Shown here piece by piece: positions 38,295 through 47,085 of a stretch of DNA of 59,371 nt. The notes under the pieces are model-generated. The model had not been told where the DNA came from and did no database searches. It was given only the letters and a program-made list of their open reading frames with translations. The DNA comes from Chloroflexota bacterium (GTDB taxonomy: Bacteria; Chloroflexota; Limnocylindria; Limnocylindrales; CSP1-4), in the NCBI GenBank assembly GCA_034435355.1, contig DAOTXE010000002.1, forward strand, positions 1 to 59,371, read 5' to 3'. Positions within the stretch are counted from its first letter, which is position 1, and each line of letters starts with the position of its first letter. Position numbers and translations under genes: made by a program.

Positions 38295-39317
38295 TCAGGC
38301 CGAGATCACGCTCCGCATGATCTGCACGAGTTGCTCCCGCGCCTCGGGCTGGACGACGCCCGCCGCGTCGAGGGCGGCGATTGCCTCGTCGCGGTGACGC
38401 CGGGCCTCCCGCCGCGTGTACTCCTGGGCGCCGGTGCGGTCCACGATGGCCATCGCTTCCGCGATCTCCGACGCAGTGGGTTCGGGATTGGCGTAGAGCG
38501 CCAGGAGTCGCGCCCGGTCGACCGGGGTCGCCTGCTCCAGCGCGTAGATCACCGGCAGCGTCTTCTTGTGCTTGGCGAGGTCGGACGGCTCCTTGCCCGT
38601 CGCCTGCTCGCGGCCCCAGATCCCCAGGAGGTCGTCGTTGAGCTGGAAGGCGAGCCCGAGCGCCCAGCCGAACTCGCGGTAGCGAGCGATCACGGACTCG
38701 TCGTCGGTGGCGAGGAGGGCGCCGGCCTCGATGCTCGCCGAGATGAGCGCGGCGGTCTTGCGGCCGATCATGTCGAAGTAGAGGTCCACGCTCATGGGCG
38801 TGTCGTGCTCGCTCGTCCAGATGTCGATGTACTGCCCCTCGCAGAGCGCCAGGCAGGTGTCGTCGTAGAGCCGCATCAGGCGGAGCACCTTCGCGTCGGA
38901 GAAGCCGAGCGACGTGAGGCGGTGGAGCGCGATGCGCGACAGGACGAACACCGCGTCGCCGGTGTTGATCGCCTGCGGGATCCCGTTCACGGTCCAGAGC
39001 GTCGCCCGGTGGCGGCGCTCGCGGTCGCGGTCCTCGATGTCGTCGTGGATCAGGCTGAAGTTGTGTCCGAGCTCGACGGCCGCCGCCCCCGGGAGCGCGC
39101 GCTCCCAGGTCCCGGTGATCGACGCGTAAGCGAGAAGCCCGAGGAGTGGGCGCAGCCGCTTGCCCGACGACCCGGAGCCGTCCAGCCCCAGGTGGTAGCG
39201 CACCATCGCGTACATGCCGTGGGTGGTCGGGTCGCGGTCGACCACGAGCCGGAGGATCTCTTCCTCGACGGCAGCGGTCAGCTCGGGGATGTCGAGCGAG
39301 ACGGGCGAGGAGGGCAC
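38295..39317 (-). CDS. idsA: Short-chain polyprenyl (FPP/GGPP) diphosphate synthase
   Basis: GKRLRP, FARM LIHDDIED..RR, AINTGD, GQY.D, KTAAL, SARM FQLNDD, KKTLP. Confidence 0.93.
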   Translation of the reverse strand: MPSSPVSLDIPELTAAVEEEILRLVVDRDPTTHGMYAMVRYHLGLDGSGSSGKRLRPLLGLLAYASITGTWERALPGAAAVELGHNFSLIHDDIEDRDRERRHRATLWTVNGIPQAINTGDAVFVLSRIALHRLTSLGFSDAKVLRLMRLYDDTCLALCEGQYIDIWTSEHDTPMSVDLYFDMIGRKTAALISASIEAGALLATDDESVIARYREFGWALGLAFQLNDDLLGIWGREQATGKEPSDLAKHKKTLPVIYALEQATPVDRARLLALYANPEPTASEIAEAMAIVDRTGAQEYTRREARRHRDEAIAALDAAGVVQPEAREQLVQIMRSVISA

Positions 39318-39324
39318 GGGCAGG

Positions 39325-39333
39325 ATGATAGCA
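39325..39333 (-). promoter_or_regulatory. Extended -10 for idsA (probably leaderless)
   Basis: Minus-strand TG-C-TATCAT followed 7 nt later by the GTG start at 39317. Confidence 0.6.
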
Positions 39334-39421
39334 ACCTCGATGCTGCCGGCCGGAGGCTGGGCGGGCCGTCGGTGCCGGCGAATGACGGCCGGTTGTTGTT
39401 CGTGCCGCCCGGGCGGACGGA

Positions 39422-39430
39422 TGCTACCGT
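39422..39430 (+). promoter_or_regulatory. Extended -10 for recO (probably leaderless)
   Basis: TG-C-TACCGT followed 6 nt later by the GTG start at 39437. Confidence 0.55.
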
Positions 39431-39436
39431 GCGGAC

Positions 39437-40237
39437 GTGCCCGGCCGTCGCCTTTACGTCACCGATGCGATCGTCCTGTCGCGCTTCGATTTCGGCGAGG
39501 CCGACCGGATCCTGACGCTCCTGACGCCGGAGCTCGGGAAGATCAAGGCGATCGCGAAGGGGATCCGGCGTCCGACGAGCCGGATCGGCGGGGCCCTGGA
39601 GCCGCTCGCCGAGCTGCGCGTCCAGCTGGCGAAGGGGCGCACCTTCGACGTCGTCACCCAGGTCACCATGCGGCACACGTGGCTGGGGCTGCGCGACCGG
39701 CTCGAGGTGACCGCGACCGCCTGGTACTGCGCCGAGCTGGCCGAGCGCTCGCTCGAGGAGCGGACGGCCGCCCAGCCGGTCTACCTCCTCCTCCGGCGCA
39801 CGTACGAGCTCCTCGATGCGGGGATGGCGCCCGCCCGGGTCGCGCGCTGGTTCGAGATGAGGCTCTGCGACGAGCTCGGCGTCCGGCCCGAGGTGGATCA
39901 CTGCGTCGAATGCGACCGGCTGCTTGCCCCCGACGACGCCGTCCGCTGGATTCCGTCGCTCGGGGGTGCCCTCTGCGCCGACCACCCGGGTCCCTCGGCG
40001 ATGGCAGCCGGGCTCTCCACCGAGGCGCTCAAGGTGCTCAAGGCCTACCAGCGCATGGACGTCGAGGCGCTTGCCGGGCTTCGCCTGCCCCCGGCCGTCG
40101 AGCGCGAGGTCGAGGAGCAGCTCGGGGCATTCGTCCGCCACGTGATGGAGCGCGACACGCGCTCGCGCCGGTTCCTCGAGGAGGTCCGGGCCGGGTACGG
40201 GAGTCGCGCGGTGTCGAGCCTGCCCGCGTCGGGGTAG
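39437..40237 (+). CDS. recO: DNA repair protein RecO
   Basis: DFGEADRILTLLT.ELGKI.AIAKG.R, LEP, Zn finger CVEC...GGALC. Confidence 0.95.
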   Translation: MPGRRLYVTDAIVLSRFDFGEADRILTLLTPELGKIKAIAKGIRRPTSRIGGALEPLAELRVQLAKGRTFDVVTQVTMRHTWLGLRDRLEVTATAWYCAELAERSLEERTAAQPVYLLLRRTYELLDAGMAPARVARWFEMRLCDELGVRPEVDHCVECDRLLAPDDAVRWIPSLGGALCADHPGPSAMAAGLSTEALKVLKAYQRMDVEALAGLRLPPAVEREVEEQLGAFVRHVMERDTRSRRFLEEVRAGYGSRAVSSLPASG

Positions 40238-40359
40238 GGGAGGTCGCCGGGCCGGGCCGTGGGCAGGAGCCAGTCGCGGTCCGGACGTCTGCTACGATCC
40301 GCGGGACCATCCTCCCGCCCGCGCCTGCCACGCGCGGGCCCCTCGTGGAGCTGCATCCC

Positions 40360-41772
40360 GTGACCGACCTGCCGTCCGATCCGAACGCCGTCGCGCCGTC
40401 CGTCGCCGACCTCGAGACCATCGTGAGCCTCTCCAAGCGCCGTGGCTTCGTCTTCCCCTCGTCGGAGATCTACGGCGGCATCAACGCCGTCTGGGACTAC
40501 GGGCCGCTCGGGGTGGAGCTCAAGAACAACGTCAAGCGCGCCTGGTGGCGGGCGATGGTCCAGGGTCGTGACGAGATCGTCGGGCTCGACTCGGGGATCC
40601 TCATGCACCCCCAGATCTGGGTCACCTCCGGCCACGTGGCCGAGTTCAACGACCCGATGGTCGAGTGTGCGACCTGCAAGCGCAGGTTCCGGGTCGACGA
40701 GTTCGCCGGCACGGAGGACCTTGGGCCGAAGGACCTGCTCGACCCGGCGATCATCGCGCGCCTCGGCCTGGTGTGCCCCAACGATGGCGGCCCGCTCGGA
40801 GCGCCCCGGCGCTTCAACCTCATGCTGAAGACCTTTCTCGGCCCCGTCGAGGACGAGGCGGCGGTCGTCTACCTGCGGCCGGAGACGGCCCAGGGCATCT
40901 ATGTCAACTATCGGAACGTGCGCGACACCGCGCGCAAGAAAGTGCCGTTCGGGATCGCCCAGATCGGCAAGGCGTTCCGCAACGAGATCAGCCCCGGGAA
41001 CTTCGTCTTCAGGATGCGCGAGTTCGAGCAGATGGAGATGCAGTACTTCGTCCGGCCCGAGACCGCCGCGGAGTACTTCGAAGCCTGGCTGCCGCAGCGC
41101 AGGGCCTGGTACGAGGCCTATGGCGTGGCGCCCGAGCGGCTCCGATTCCGCGAGCACCGCCCCGATGAGCTGGCGCACTACGCGAAGAAGGCCATCGACG
41201 TCGAGTACCGCTTCCCGTTCGGCTGGAAGGAGCTCGAGGGCATCCACAACCGCGGCGACTGGGACCTGGGCCGCCACTCCAAGGAGTCGGGCGAGAACCT
41301 GGAGTACTTCGACCAGGCAACCGGCGAGCACTTCATCCCCTGGATCGTCGAGACGTCGGCAGGTGCCGACCGCGCCGCCTTCACCTTCCTGATCGACGCC
41401 TACCGCGAGGAGGAGGTCCGGGGCGAGAAGCGGGTCGTGCTGGGGTTCCATCCGGATCTCGCGCCGTACAAGGTCGCCGTGCTGCCGCTCCTCAAGAAGC
41501 GTCCCGAGATCGTCGAGCTCTGCCACCGGATCAAGGACGACCTCAAGCGGTACACGATGGCCGTCTACGACGACACGGCCGCAATCGGCAAGCTCTACCG
41601 CCGCCAGGACGAGATCGGCACGCCGTGGTGCGTCACGGTGGACGTTGACTCGCTCGCGGACGGCAACGTCACGGTCCGCGATCGCGATGCCATGACCCAG
41701 GAGCGGATCTCCGCTGGTCAGGTCACGCGCTACATCACCGACAAGCTGGACGCCGCCCTCCCCCGCCTGTAA
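40360..41772 (+). CDS. glyQS: Glycine--tRNA ligase, homodimeric alpha2 type
   Basis: KRRGF..SSEIYGG, DYGPLG.ELK, YLRPETAQGI, GKAFRNEI, REFEQME, ELAHYA, IVETSAGADR, YRRQDEIGTP; GTG after GGAG. Confidence 0.97.
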   Translation: MTDLPSDPNAVAPSVADLETIVSLSKRRGFVFPSSEIYGGINAVWDYGPLGVELKNNVKRAWWRAMVQGRDEIVGLDSGILMHPQIWVTSGHVAEFNDPMVECATCKRRFRVDEFAGTEDLGPKDLLDPAIIARLGLVCPNDGGPLGAPRRFNLMLKTFLGPVEDEAAVVYLRPETAQGIYVNYRNVRDTARKKVPFGIAQIGKAFRNEISPGNFVFRMREFEQMEMQYFVRPETAAEYFEAWLPQRRAWYEAYGVAPERLRFREHRPDELAHYAKKAIDVEYRFPFGWKELEGIHNRGDWDLGRHSKESGENLEYFDQATGEHFIPWIVETSAGADRAAFTFLIDAYREEEVRGEKRVVLGFHPDLAPYKVAVLPLLKKRPEIVELCHRIKDDLKRYTMAVYDDTAAIGKLYRRQDEIGTPWCVTVDVDSLADGNVTVRDRDAMTQERISAGQVTRYITDKLDAALPRL

Positions 41773-41776
41773 CGGC

Positions 41777-41810
41777 CGTAGCAGCCGCCCGGCGTCGGGG
41801 GGCTGCTACG
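41777..41810. terminator. Inverted repeat between convergent glyQS and nfnB (likely bidirectional terminator)
   Basis: cgtagcagcc ...14 nt... ggctgctacg, 10-bp perfect stem. Confidence 0.7.
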
Positions 41811-43347
41811 CCTGGTGCGCGGCGGCCGCCGGGGAGGTCGAGAGCGCCTCGTCCGCCGGCGGGTACTCCCCGCGCAGCCAGGCCTCGATGGAGCCGGCGG
41901 CGCGCTTGCCGTCGCCCATCGCCAGGATCACGGTTGCGGCCCCGCGCACGATGTCGCCGCCCGCGAAGACCCCCGGGAGCGACGCCATGCCGTGCTCGTC
42001 CGTGACGATGTAGCCCTCCTTGTTCAGGGCGAGATCGGGCTCGGACGCGGTGAGCAGTGGGTTCGAGCGCGTCCCGATGGCGACCACGACCATCTCGCAG
42101 TCGATGACGAACTCGGAGCCCGCGATCGGGATCGGGCGGCGCCGGCCGGACGCGTCGGGCTCGCCCAGCTCCATCCGGATGCACCGGATCCCCGTGACCC
42201 AGCGGTTCTCGTCGCCGATCACCTCGAGCGGGGCGACCTGCAGCTCGAAGCGGATTCCCTCCTGCTCGGCGTGATGGACTTCCTCGACGCGGGCGGGCAG
42301 CTCGGCCATGCCGCGCCGGTAGACGATCGTCGCCTCGTCGGCCCCGAGCCGCTTGGCGGTCCGCACGGAGTCTATCGCGACGTTCCCGCCGCCGACGACC
42401 ACGACCCGGTGGCCGCGCAGGACGGGCGTGTCCGACTCCGGGTTCCACGCACCCATCAGGTTGACGCGGGTCAGGTACTCGTTGGCCGAGTAGACGCCCT
42501 TGTAGTTCTCGCCGGGCACGTTCATGAACACCGGCAGCCCGGCCCCGACGGCGAGGAAGACCGCGTCGAACCGGTCGCGCAGCTCCCGCAGGGTGTAGGT
42601 TCGCCCGATGATCGCGTTCGTCTCGATCTTCACGCCGGCCGACTGCAGCCGGTCCACCTCCTGCTGGACGATGTCCTTGGGGAGCCGGAACTCGGGGATC
42701 CCGTAGATGAGGACGCCGCCGGCGGCGTGGAAGGCCTCGAAGACGGTCACGTCGTGGCCCTTCTTGACCAGCTCACCGGCCGCCGTGAGGCCCGCCGGGC
42801 CCGAGCCGACGATGGCCACCGAGCGCCCGGAGGTGGTCTCCGGGTCGGGCTTCGAACGCTCCGGGTGGGCCATCGCCCAGTCGGCCACGAACCGCTCGAG
42901 GGAGCCGATCGCGACCGAGGCGCCCTTCTTGGCCCGGACGCAGCGTCCCTCGCACTGGATCTCCTGGGGACAGACCCGCCCGGTGACGCAGGGGAGTGCG
43001 TTGTCGTCGAGCAGCGACGCCGCCGCCCCGTCCATGTCCCCCACGCGGAGCCGCTCGATGAAGAGCGGGATGTTCACGCGCACGGGGCAGCCTTCGATGC
43101 AGACCGGGTTCTTGCACTGGAGGCAGCGTTCGGCCTCGAGCATCGCGAGCTGCTGGGAGTAGCCCAGGTTCACCTCGCGGAAGTTGGCCGCACGCAGGAG
43201 CGCGTTCTGCTCGGGCATGTGGGTACGGTCGATCGTCATCCGTTCCTTCGGGAGGAGCGGATGGTCGAATGCCGGGGTGAAGGCCGGCTCGCCGTGGGAC
43301 GCGCCCGGCTCCTCGATTCGAGGGTCCGGGTTCGGCTGGTCGGTCAT
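41806..43347 (-). CDS. nfnB: NfnB/SudA-type large subunit (GltD-like; NADPH, FAD, 2x[4Fe-4S])
   Basis: EAERCLQCKNPVCIEGCP, GRVCPQE.QCE..C, IVGSGPAGL, GGVL.YGIPEFRLPK, VVVGGGNVA.D, FAGGDIVRG; ATG at 43347. Confidence 0.9.
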   Translation of the reverse strand: MTDQPNPDPRIEEPGASHGEPAFTPAFDHPLLPKERMTIDRTHMPEQNALLRAANFREVNLGYSQQLAMLEAERCLQCKNPVCIEGCPVRVNIPLFIERLRVGDMDGAAASLLDDNALPCVTGRVCPQEIQCEGRCVRAKKGASVAIGSLERFVADWAMAHPERSKPDPETTSGRSVAIVGSGPAGLTAAGELVKKGHDVTVFEAFHAAGGVLIYGIPEFRLPKDIVQQEVDRLQSAGVKIETNAIIGRTYTLRELRDRFDAVFLAVGAGLPVFMNVPGENYKGVYSANEYLTRVNLMGAWNPESDTPVLRGHRVVVVGGGNVAIDSVRTAKRLGADEATIVYRRGMAELPARVEEVHHAEQEGIRFELQVAPLEVIGDENRWVTGIRCIRMELGEPDASGRRRPIPIAGSEFVIDCEMVVVAIGTRSNPLLTASEPDLALNKEGYIVTDEHGMASLPGVFAGGDIVRGAATVILAMGDGKRAAGSIEAWLRGEYPPADEALSTSPAAAAHQA

Positions 43348-44282
43348 GCGATGCGGTTTCCAGCGGCCGCGGCCGCCTCCTGTCTCTCGGCGGCGCTCGC
43401 GATTCCCGGGATCAGGCACGGCCCGGCGGCGGCCTCCCCGGCTCCTCCTGACTCCGTGGCCGCGGCGCGGCGGTGCGCGACCTCGAGGGCACGTGCCTCG
43501 AAGTCCCGGTAGGTACCCAGCCGGTCGGCGAGCTCGCGGAAGTCGACCTGGTGGGCATCGAACTCGGGTCCGTCCACGCAGGCGTAGACGGTCTTCCCGC
43601 CGACGGCCACCCGGCAGCCGCCGCACATCCCCGTTCCGTCCAGCATGATCGCGTTGAGCGAGGCAAAGGTCGGGACACCGTACGGGCGGGTCAGCTCGGC
43701 AACCGCCCGCATCATGGGGACCGGGCCGACGGCGTACACGGCGTCCACGCCACCGGCCTCGATCACGTCGCGGAGGGCGTCCGTGACGAAGCCGTGCCTC
43801 CCGTAGCTCCCGTCGTCGGTGCAGGTGATGACGTCGCCGGCGCGCCGGAGCTCGTCCTCGAAGATGACCCACTCCCTGGAGCGGCCGCCGATCACGCTGA
43901 TCACCTCGACGCCGTTGGCAGCGAGCCCGAGCGCGATCGGGTGGACCACGGCCGTCCCGACGCCGCCGCCGACGCACACCACGCGTCCGTGCTCGAGCAG
44001 CTCCGTCGCCCTGCCGAGAGGACCGGCAACGTCGGCGATCGCCTCGCCCGGTTGGAGGGCCACGAGGTCCTCGGTGCTCTTGCCGACGGCCTGGATGACG
44101 AGCGTGATCGTGCCCCGCCCGGGGTCGGCATCGGCGATCGTGAGCGGGATCCGCTCGGCGCCGGGGGCGCGATGGACGATCACGAACTGGCCTGGCTGGC
44201 GAATCTCCGCGATGCGGGGCGCCTCGATCACGAGGCGCGTCACGTTGGGGGAGAGCTGGGTCCGCTCGATGACGGTGTGCAT
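43344..44282 (-). CDS. nfnA: NfnA/SudB-type small subunit (FAD, NAD, [2Fe-2S])
   Basis: PGQFVI, ERIPLTIAD, DVAGPLG, VGGGVG, GPVPMM, IMLDGTGMCGGCRV...ACVDGPEFD. Confidence 0.92.
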   Translation of the reverse strand: MHTVIERTQLSPNVTRLVIEAPRIAEIRQPGQFVIVHRAPGAERIPLTIADADPGRGTITLVIQAVGKSTEDLVALQPGEAIADVAGPLGRATELLEHGRVVCVGGGVGTAVVHPIALGLAANGVEVISVIGGRSREWVIFEDELRRAGDVITCTDDGSYGRHGFVTDALRDVIEAGGVDAVYAVGPVPMMRAVAELTRPYGVPTFASLNAIMLDGTGMCGGCRVAVGGKTVYACVDGPEFDAHQVDFRELADRLGTYRDFEARALEVAHRRAAATESGGAGEAAAGPCLIPGIASAAERQEAAAAAGNRIA

Positions 44283-44463
44283 GGAAACTCCGGGTCTGGT
44301 GCGATGTTGGCACCATGATGCGCGTCCTGCAGGATTCGATCCATGCGCAAGGGTGCATGGATCTCGGGCCGAATGTCACACGCCCGCCGGGCCTCGGGCC
44401 AACCCTGCGGCGGGCGCGGTTCGGCCGGCCCGGCTTCCCGGGCGTGGGTTCGCCCGCGCGACC

Positions 44464-44673
44464 TCAGGCGGAGATGGCCGCCGCGGCCGCGGCCGGGATG
44501 ATCGCCTCGGTCGGGCAGATCTCGACGCCGACGCAGCCGCCCGAGGTGACGCAATCGCCGCAGATCTCGGGATCCACGACGTACACGTCGTCCGCCTTCG
44601 AGATGGCCCCGCAGGGGCACTCGGGCTCGCAGTTCCCGCACCCGATGCAGTCGTCCGTGATCGTGCTGGCCAT
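44464..44673 (-). CDS. 2x[4Fe-4S] ferredoxin (69 aa)
   Basis: AGGAG RBS; CIGCGNCEPECP and CGDC-x5-C-x5-CP. Confidence 0.88.
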   Translation of the reverse strand: MASTITDDCIGCGNCEPECPCGAISKADDVYVVDPEICGDCVTSGGCVGVEICPTEAIIPAAAAAAISA

Positions 44674-44716
44674 GTCCTCGCTCCTGCTGACTGGCCGGGC
44701 CGGAGCCCGGAGCCGC

Positions 44717-45154
44717 CTAGACGGCCGCGGCGGCAGTGCCGCCGGTCGCGTCGCCCGGGCCGGGGGGACCGCCGGCCGTGGGCTGCTGTTGGTGCCACTC
44801 CTGGTGCCCGGGGCGCGGGTCGCCCGGGGCCCCGGAGCGGACGTGAACGTGGGGCGCATCCATCGACATCCGGAGGCTGTCCTTGTTGCAGAGGTCGACA
44901 CACACGCCGCAGGCGATGCAGCGGAGCTGCTCGATCGCGAAATACCGATCCTCGCGCGAGCAGGTGAGCGCGACCGTCGGGCAGCGACGCGCGCACAGGC
45001 CGCAGAAGACGCAGGTGTCGATATCGAATTCGAGCGTCCCCCGGGTGCCCGCAAAGTGCGGACGCGTCTCCGTCGGGTAGCGGCGGGTCACCGGGCGGGA
45101 GACCAGGTTCCGCAGCGATCGTCCGACCATCGGCAGGTTGAAGGGGTTCGCCAT
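44717..45154 (-). CDS. echF: Ech hydrogenase subunit F (NuoI-like, 2x[4Fe-4S])
   Basis: PVTRRYP, RGTLEFD, CVFCGLCARRCP, CIACGVCVDLC. Confidence 0.9.
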   Translation of the reverse strand: MANPFNLPMVGRSLRNLVSRPVTRRYPTETRPHFAGTRGTLEFDIDTCVFCGLCARRCPTVALTCSREDRYFAIEQLRCIACGVCVDLCNKDSLRMSMDAPHVHVRSGAPGDPRPGHQEWHQQQPTAGGPPGPGDATGGTAAAAV

Positions 45155-45155
45155 C

Positions 45156-46241
45156 TCAGCGCTCCGTGCAGCTGATGCAGGGGTCGATGGTCATGATGAT
45201 GTTCGGGACGTCCGCCAGGTCGCAGCCCTTCACGAGCTTGATCATCGCCGGGATGTTGGCGAAGGTCGGCGTGCGCGCACGGAAGCGCTCGAGGTACTTC
45301 GTGCCGTTCGCCCGGATGTAGTAGATGACCTCGCCGCGGGGCTGCTCGAGCCGCTCGAACGTCTCGCCGGTCGGCAGGCCACGCACCTTGACCTCGATCG
45401 GGAGGCCGTCGCCCCTCGGCATTCGGGCCACCGCCTGGCGGATGAGGTCGATCGATTGCGAGATCTCGCGGACCCGGACGACCACCCGGGCCAGGCAGTC
45501 CCCGGCCGTCTCGAGCACGGGTGAGAAGTCGAGGCGGTCGTACAGGTGCGTGCCGGACAGGCGGGTGTCCAGCGGGATGCCGGAGGCGCGGGCCATCGGG
45601 CCGACCGCGTCGACGGCATGCGCGTCCTCCCGGCTCAGGATCCCCACTCCGGACAGACGGTGGCGGATCGACGGGTCGGTCTCGAAGATCCGGGCGGTCT
45701 CGGCGAAGCCGGCCCCGAGCTCCTCCAGCCGGGTGACGATCGCCGCGAGCTCGCTGTCCGAAATGTCGCGGCGCACGCCGCCGATCCGGTTGACGGAGAA
45801 GATGATGCGGCCGCCGGTCGTCTTCTCGAAGATGTCGAGGACGGCCTCGCGCGTTCGCCAGCAGTGCATGAAGAGATTCTCGAAGCCGAAGGCATCCGCG
45901 CCGAGGCCCAGCCACAGCAGGTGGCTGTGGATCCGTGACATCTCGGCCCAGATGAGGCGCAACCAGCTCGCGCGCTCCGGGACCTCCACGGACATGATCT
46001 TCTCCATCGCGACGGCGTACCCCATGCCGTGCATGAAGCTGCAGATGCCGCAGATCCGCTCCACGACGTAGCCGAACTCGGTGAACTCGACCCGCTCGAC
46101 GAGCGCCTCCAGGCCACGGTGGATGTAGCCGATGGTGGGAATGGCGTCCACCACCTTCTCGTCCTCGAGGACGAGGTCGAGCACGATCGGCTCGGGCAGC
46201 ACCGGGTGCTGCGGGCCCATGGGCACGACGGTCCGTTTCAT
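45156..46241 (-). CDS. echE: Ech hydrogenase large catalytic [NiFe] subunit
   Basis: GPQHPVLPEP, GYIHRGLE, L1 ERICGICS, EQPRGE, RTPT, L2 DPCISCTER with no C-terminal extension. Confidence 0.93.
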   Translation of the reverse strand: MKRTVVPMGPQHPVLPEPIVLDLVLEDEKVVDAIPTIGYIHRGLEALVERVEFTEFGYVVERICGICSFMHGMGYAVAMEKIMSVEVPERASWLRLIWAEMSRIHSHLLWLGLGADAFGFENLFMHCWRTREAVLDIFEKTTGGRIIFSVNRIGGVRRDISDSELAAIVTRLEELGAGFAETARIFETDPSIRHRLSGVGILSREDAHAVDAVGPMARASGIPLDTRLSGTHLYDRLDFSPVLETAGDCLARVVVRVREISQSIDLIRQAVARMPRGDGLPIEVKVRGLPTGETFERLEQPRGEVIYYIRANGTKYLERFRARTPTFANIPAMIKLVKGCDLADVPNIIMTIDPCISCTER

Positions 46242-46651
46242 GCCTTGTTCCCCGCCCCTTCATGTTTCGGGGGTGCGTCGGTCCTTCCGAGGGCGTCCAG
46301 TCGGGCCCGGATCGCGCTGGGCGCGAAGGGCACGATGCTCGAGGTCTTGTAGAGCTGGCCCCGCAGGTCGAGCCCGATCCCCGTCACGGTCACGCCGAAG
46401 AGCTCCCGGATCTCGTTCTCGTAGAGGAACGCCGCGCCGAAGAAAGCCGAGACGCTCGGGACCTCCTCGCCGGGCAGGACCTGCACGCGCAGGTGCTCGA
46501 GGGTCCGGCCCCGCGCGAACGACCAGCTGATATCGACGGCGCCATGCTCGAGGCCCTCCGCGGGGAGAACGCTCGTGGCGTTGATGATGGCCAGCCTCCA
46601 GCCGTCGGCATGGTAGGTGCCCACCCGGGCGAGAAATGCTTCCCTGTCCAT
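46238..46651 (-). CDS. echD: Ech hydrogenase subunit D (NuoC-like)
   Basis: VPSVSAFFGAAFLYENEIRELFGV; position between echC and echE. Confidence 0.85.
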   Translation of the reverse strand: MDREAFLARVGTYHADGWRLAIINATSVLPAEGLEHGAVDISWSFARGRTLEHLRVQVLPGEEVPSVSAFFGAAFLYENEIRELFGVTVTGIGLDLRGQLYKTSSIVPFAPSAIRARLDALGRTDAPPKHEGAGNKA

Positions 46652-47085
46652 CAGGCGCTCCGCTTCCGCTTCTGCTCGAGCGCCGCGATGCCGGAGACCA
46701 CGCCGTCGATGATGCTTTCTGGCCGGGCGGCGCAGCCGGGGACGTAGACGTCCACCGGGACCACCTGGTCGATGCCGCCCTGGATGTTGTAGGCGCGGGC
46801 GAAGATGCCGCCCGAGCAGGCGCAGGCCCCGACCGCGACGACGACCTTCGGATCGGGCATCTGCCGGTAGAGGTTCTGGATGATCTCGATGTTCCGTTCG
46901 TTCACGCTGCCCGTCACGAGCAGGATGTCCGCGTGCTTCGGGTTGCCGGTGTTCACGATCCCGAAGCGCTCGACGTCGTAGAGCGGCGTCAGGCAGGCCA
47001 GGACCTCGATGTCGCAGCCGTTGCAGCTGGATCCGTCGTAGTGGAGGATCCAGGGGGAACGCTTGAAGAGGGACACCGGCTTCAC
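46651..47085 (-). CDS. echC: Ech hydrogenase small subunit C (NuoB-like)
   Basis: SPWILHYDGSSCNGCDIE, NPKHADILLVTG, VGACACSGG, YVPGCAARPE; start is GTG at 47085 or 47076. Confidence 0.92.
   Translation of the reverse strand: MKPVSLFKRSPWILHYDGSSCNGCDIEVLACLTPLYDVERFGIVNTGNPKHADILLVTGSVNERNIEIIQNLYRQMPDPKVVVAVGACACSGGIFARAYNIQGGIDQVVPVDVYVPGCAARPESIIDGVVSGIAALEQKRKRSA

Noticed and set aside
41806-43347. Annotation as glutamate synthase small subunit (gltD)
   Set aside because: No gltB in the window, and the gene is coupled to an NfnA/SudB-type partner, which fits NfnAB
41806-44379. 857-aa ORF suggesting an NfnA-NfnB fusion
   Set aside because: The part upstream of 43347 is an Arg-rich shadow frame of nfnA; the real nfnA (43344-44282) is in another frame and overlaps the nfnB ATG
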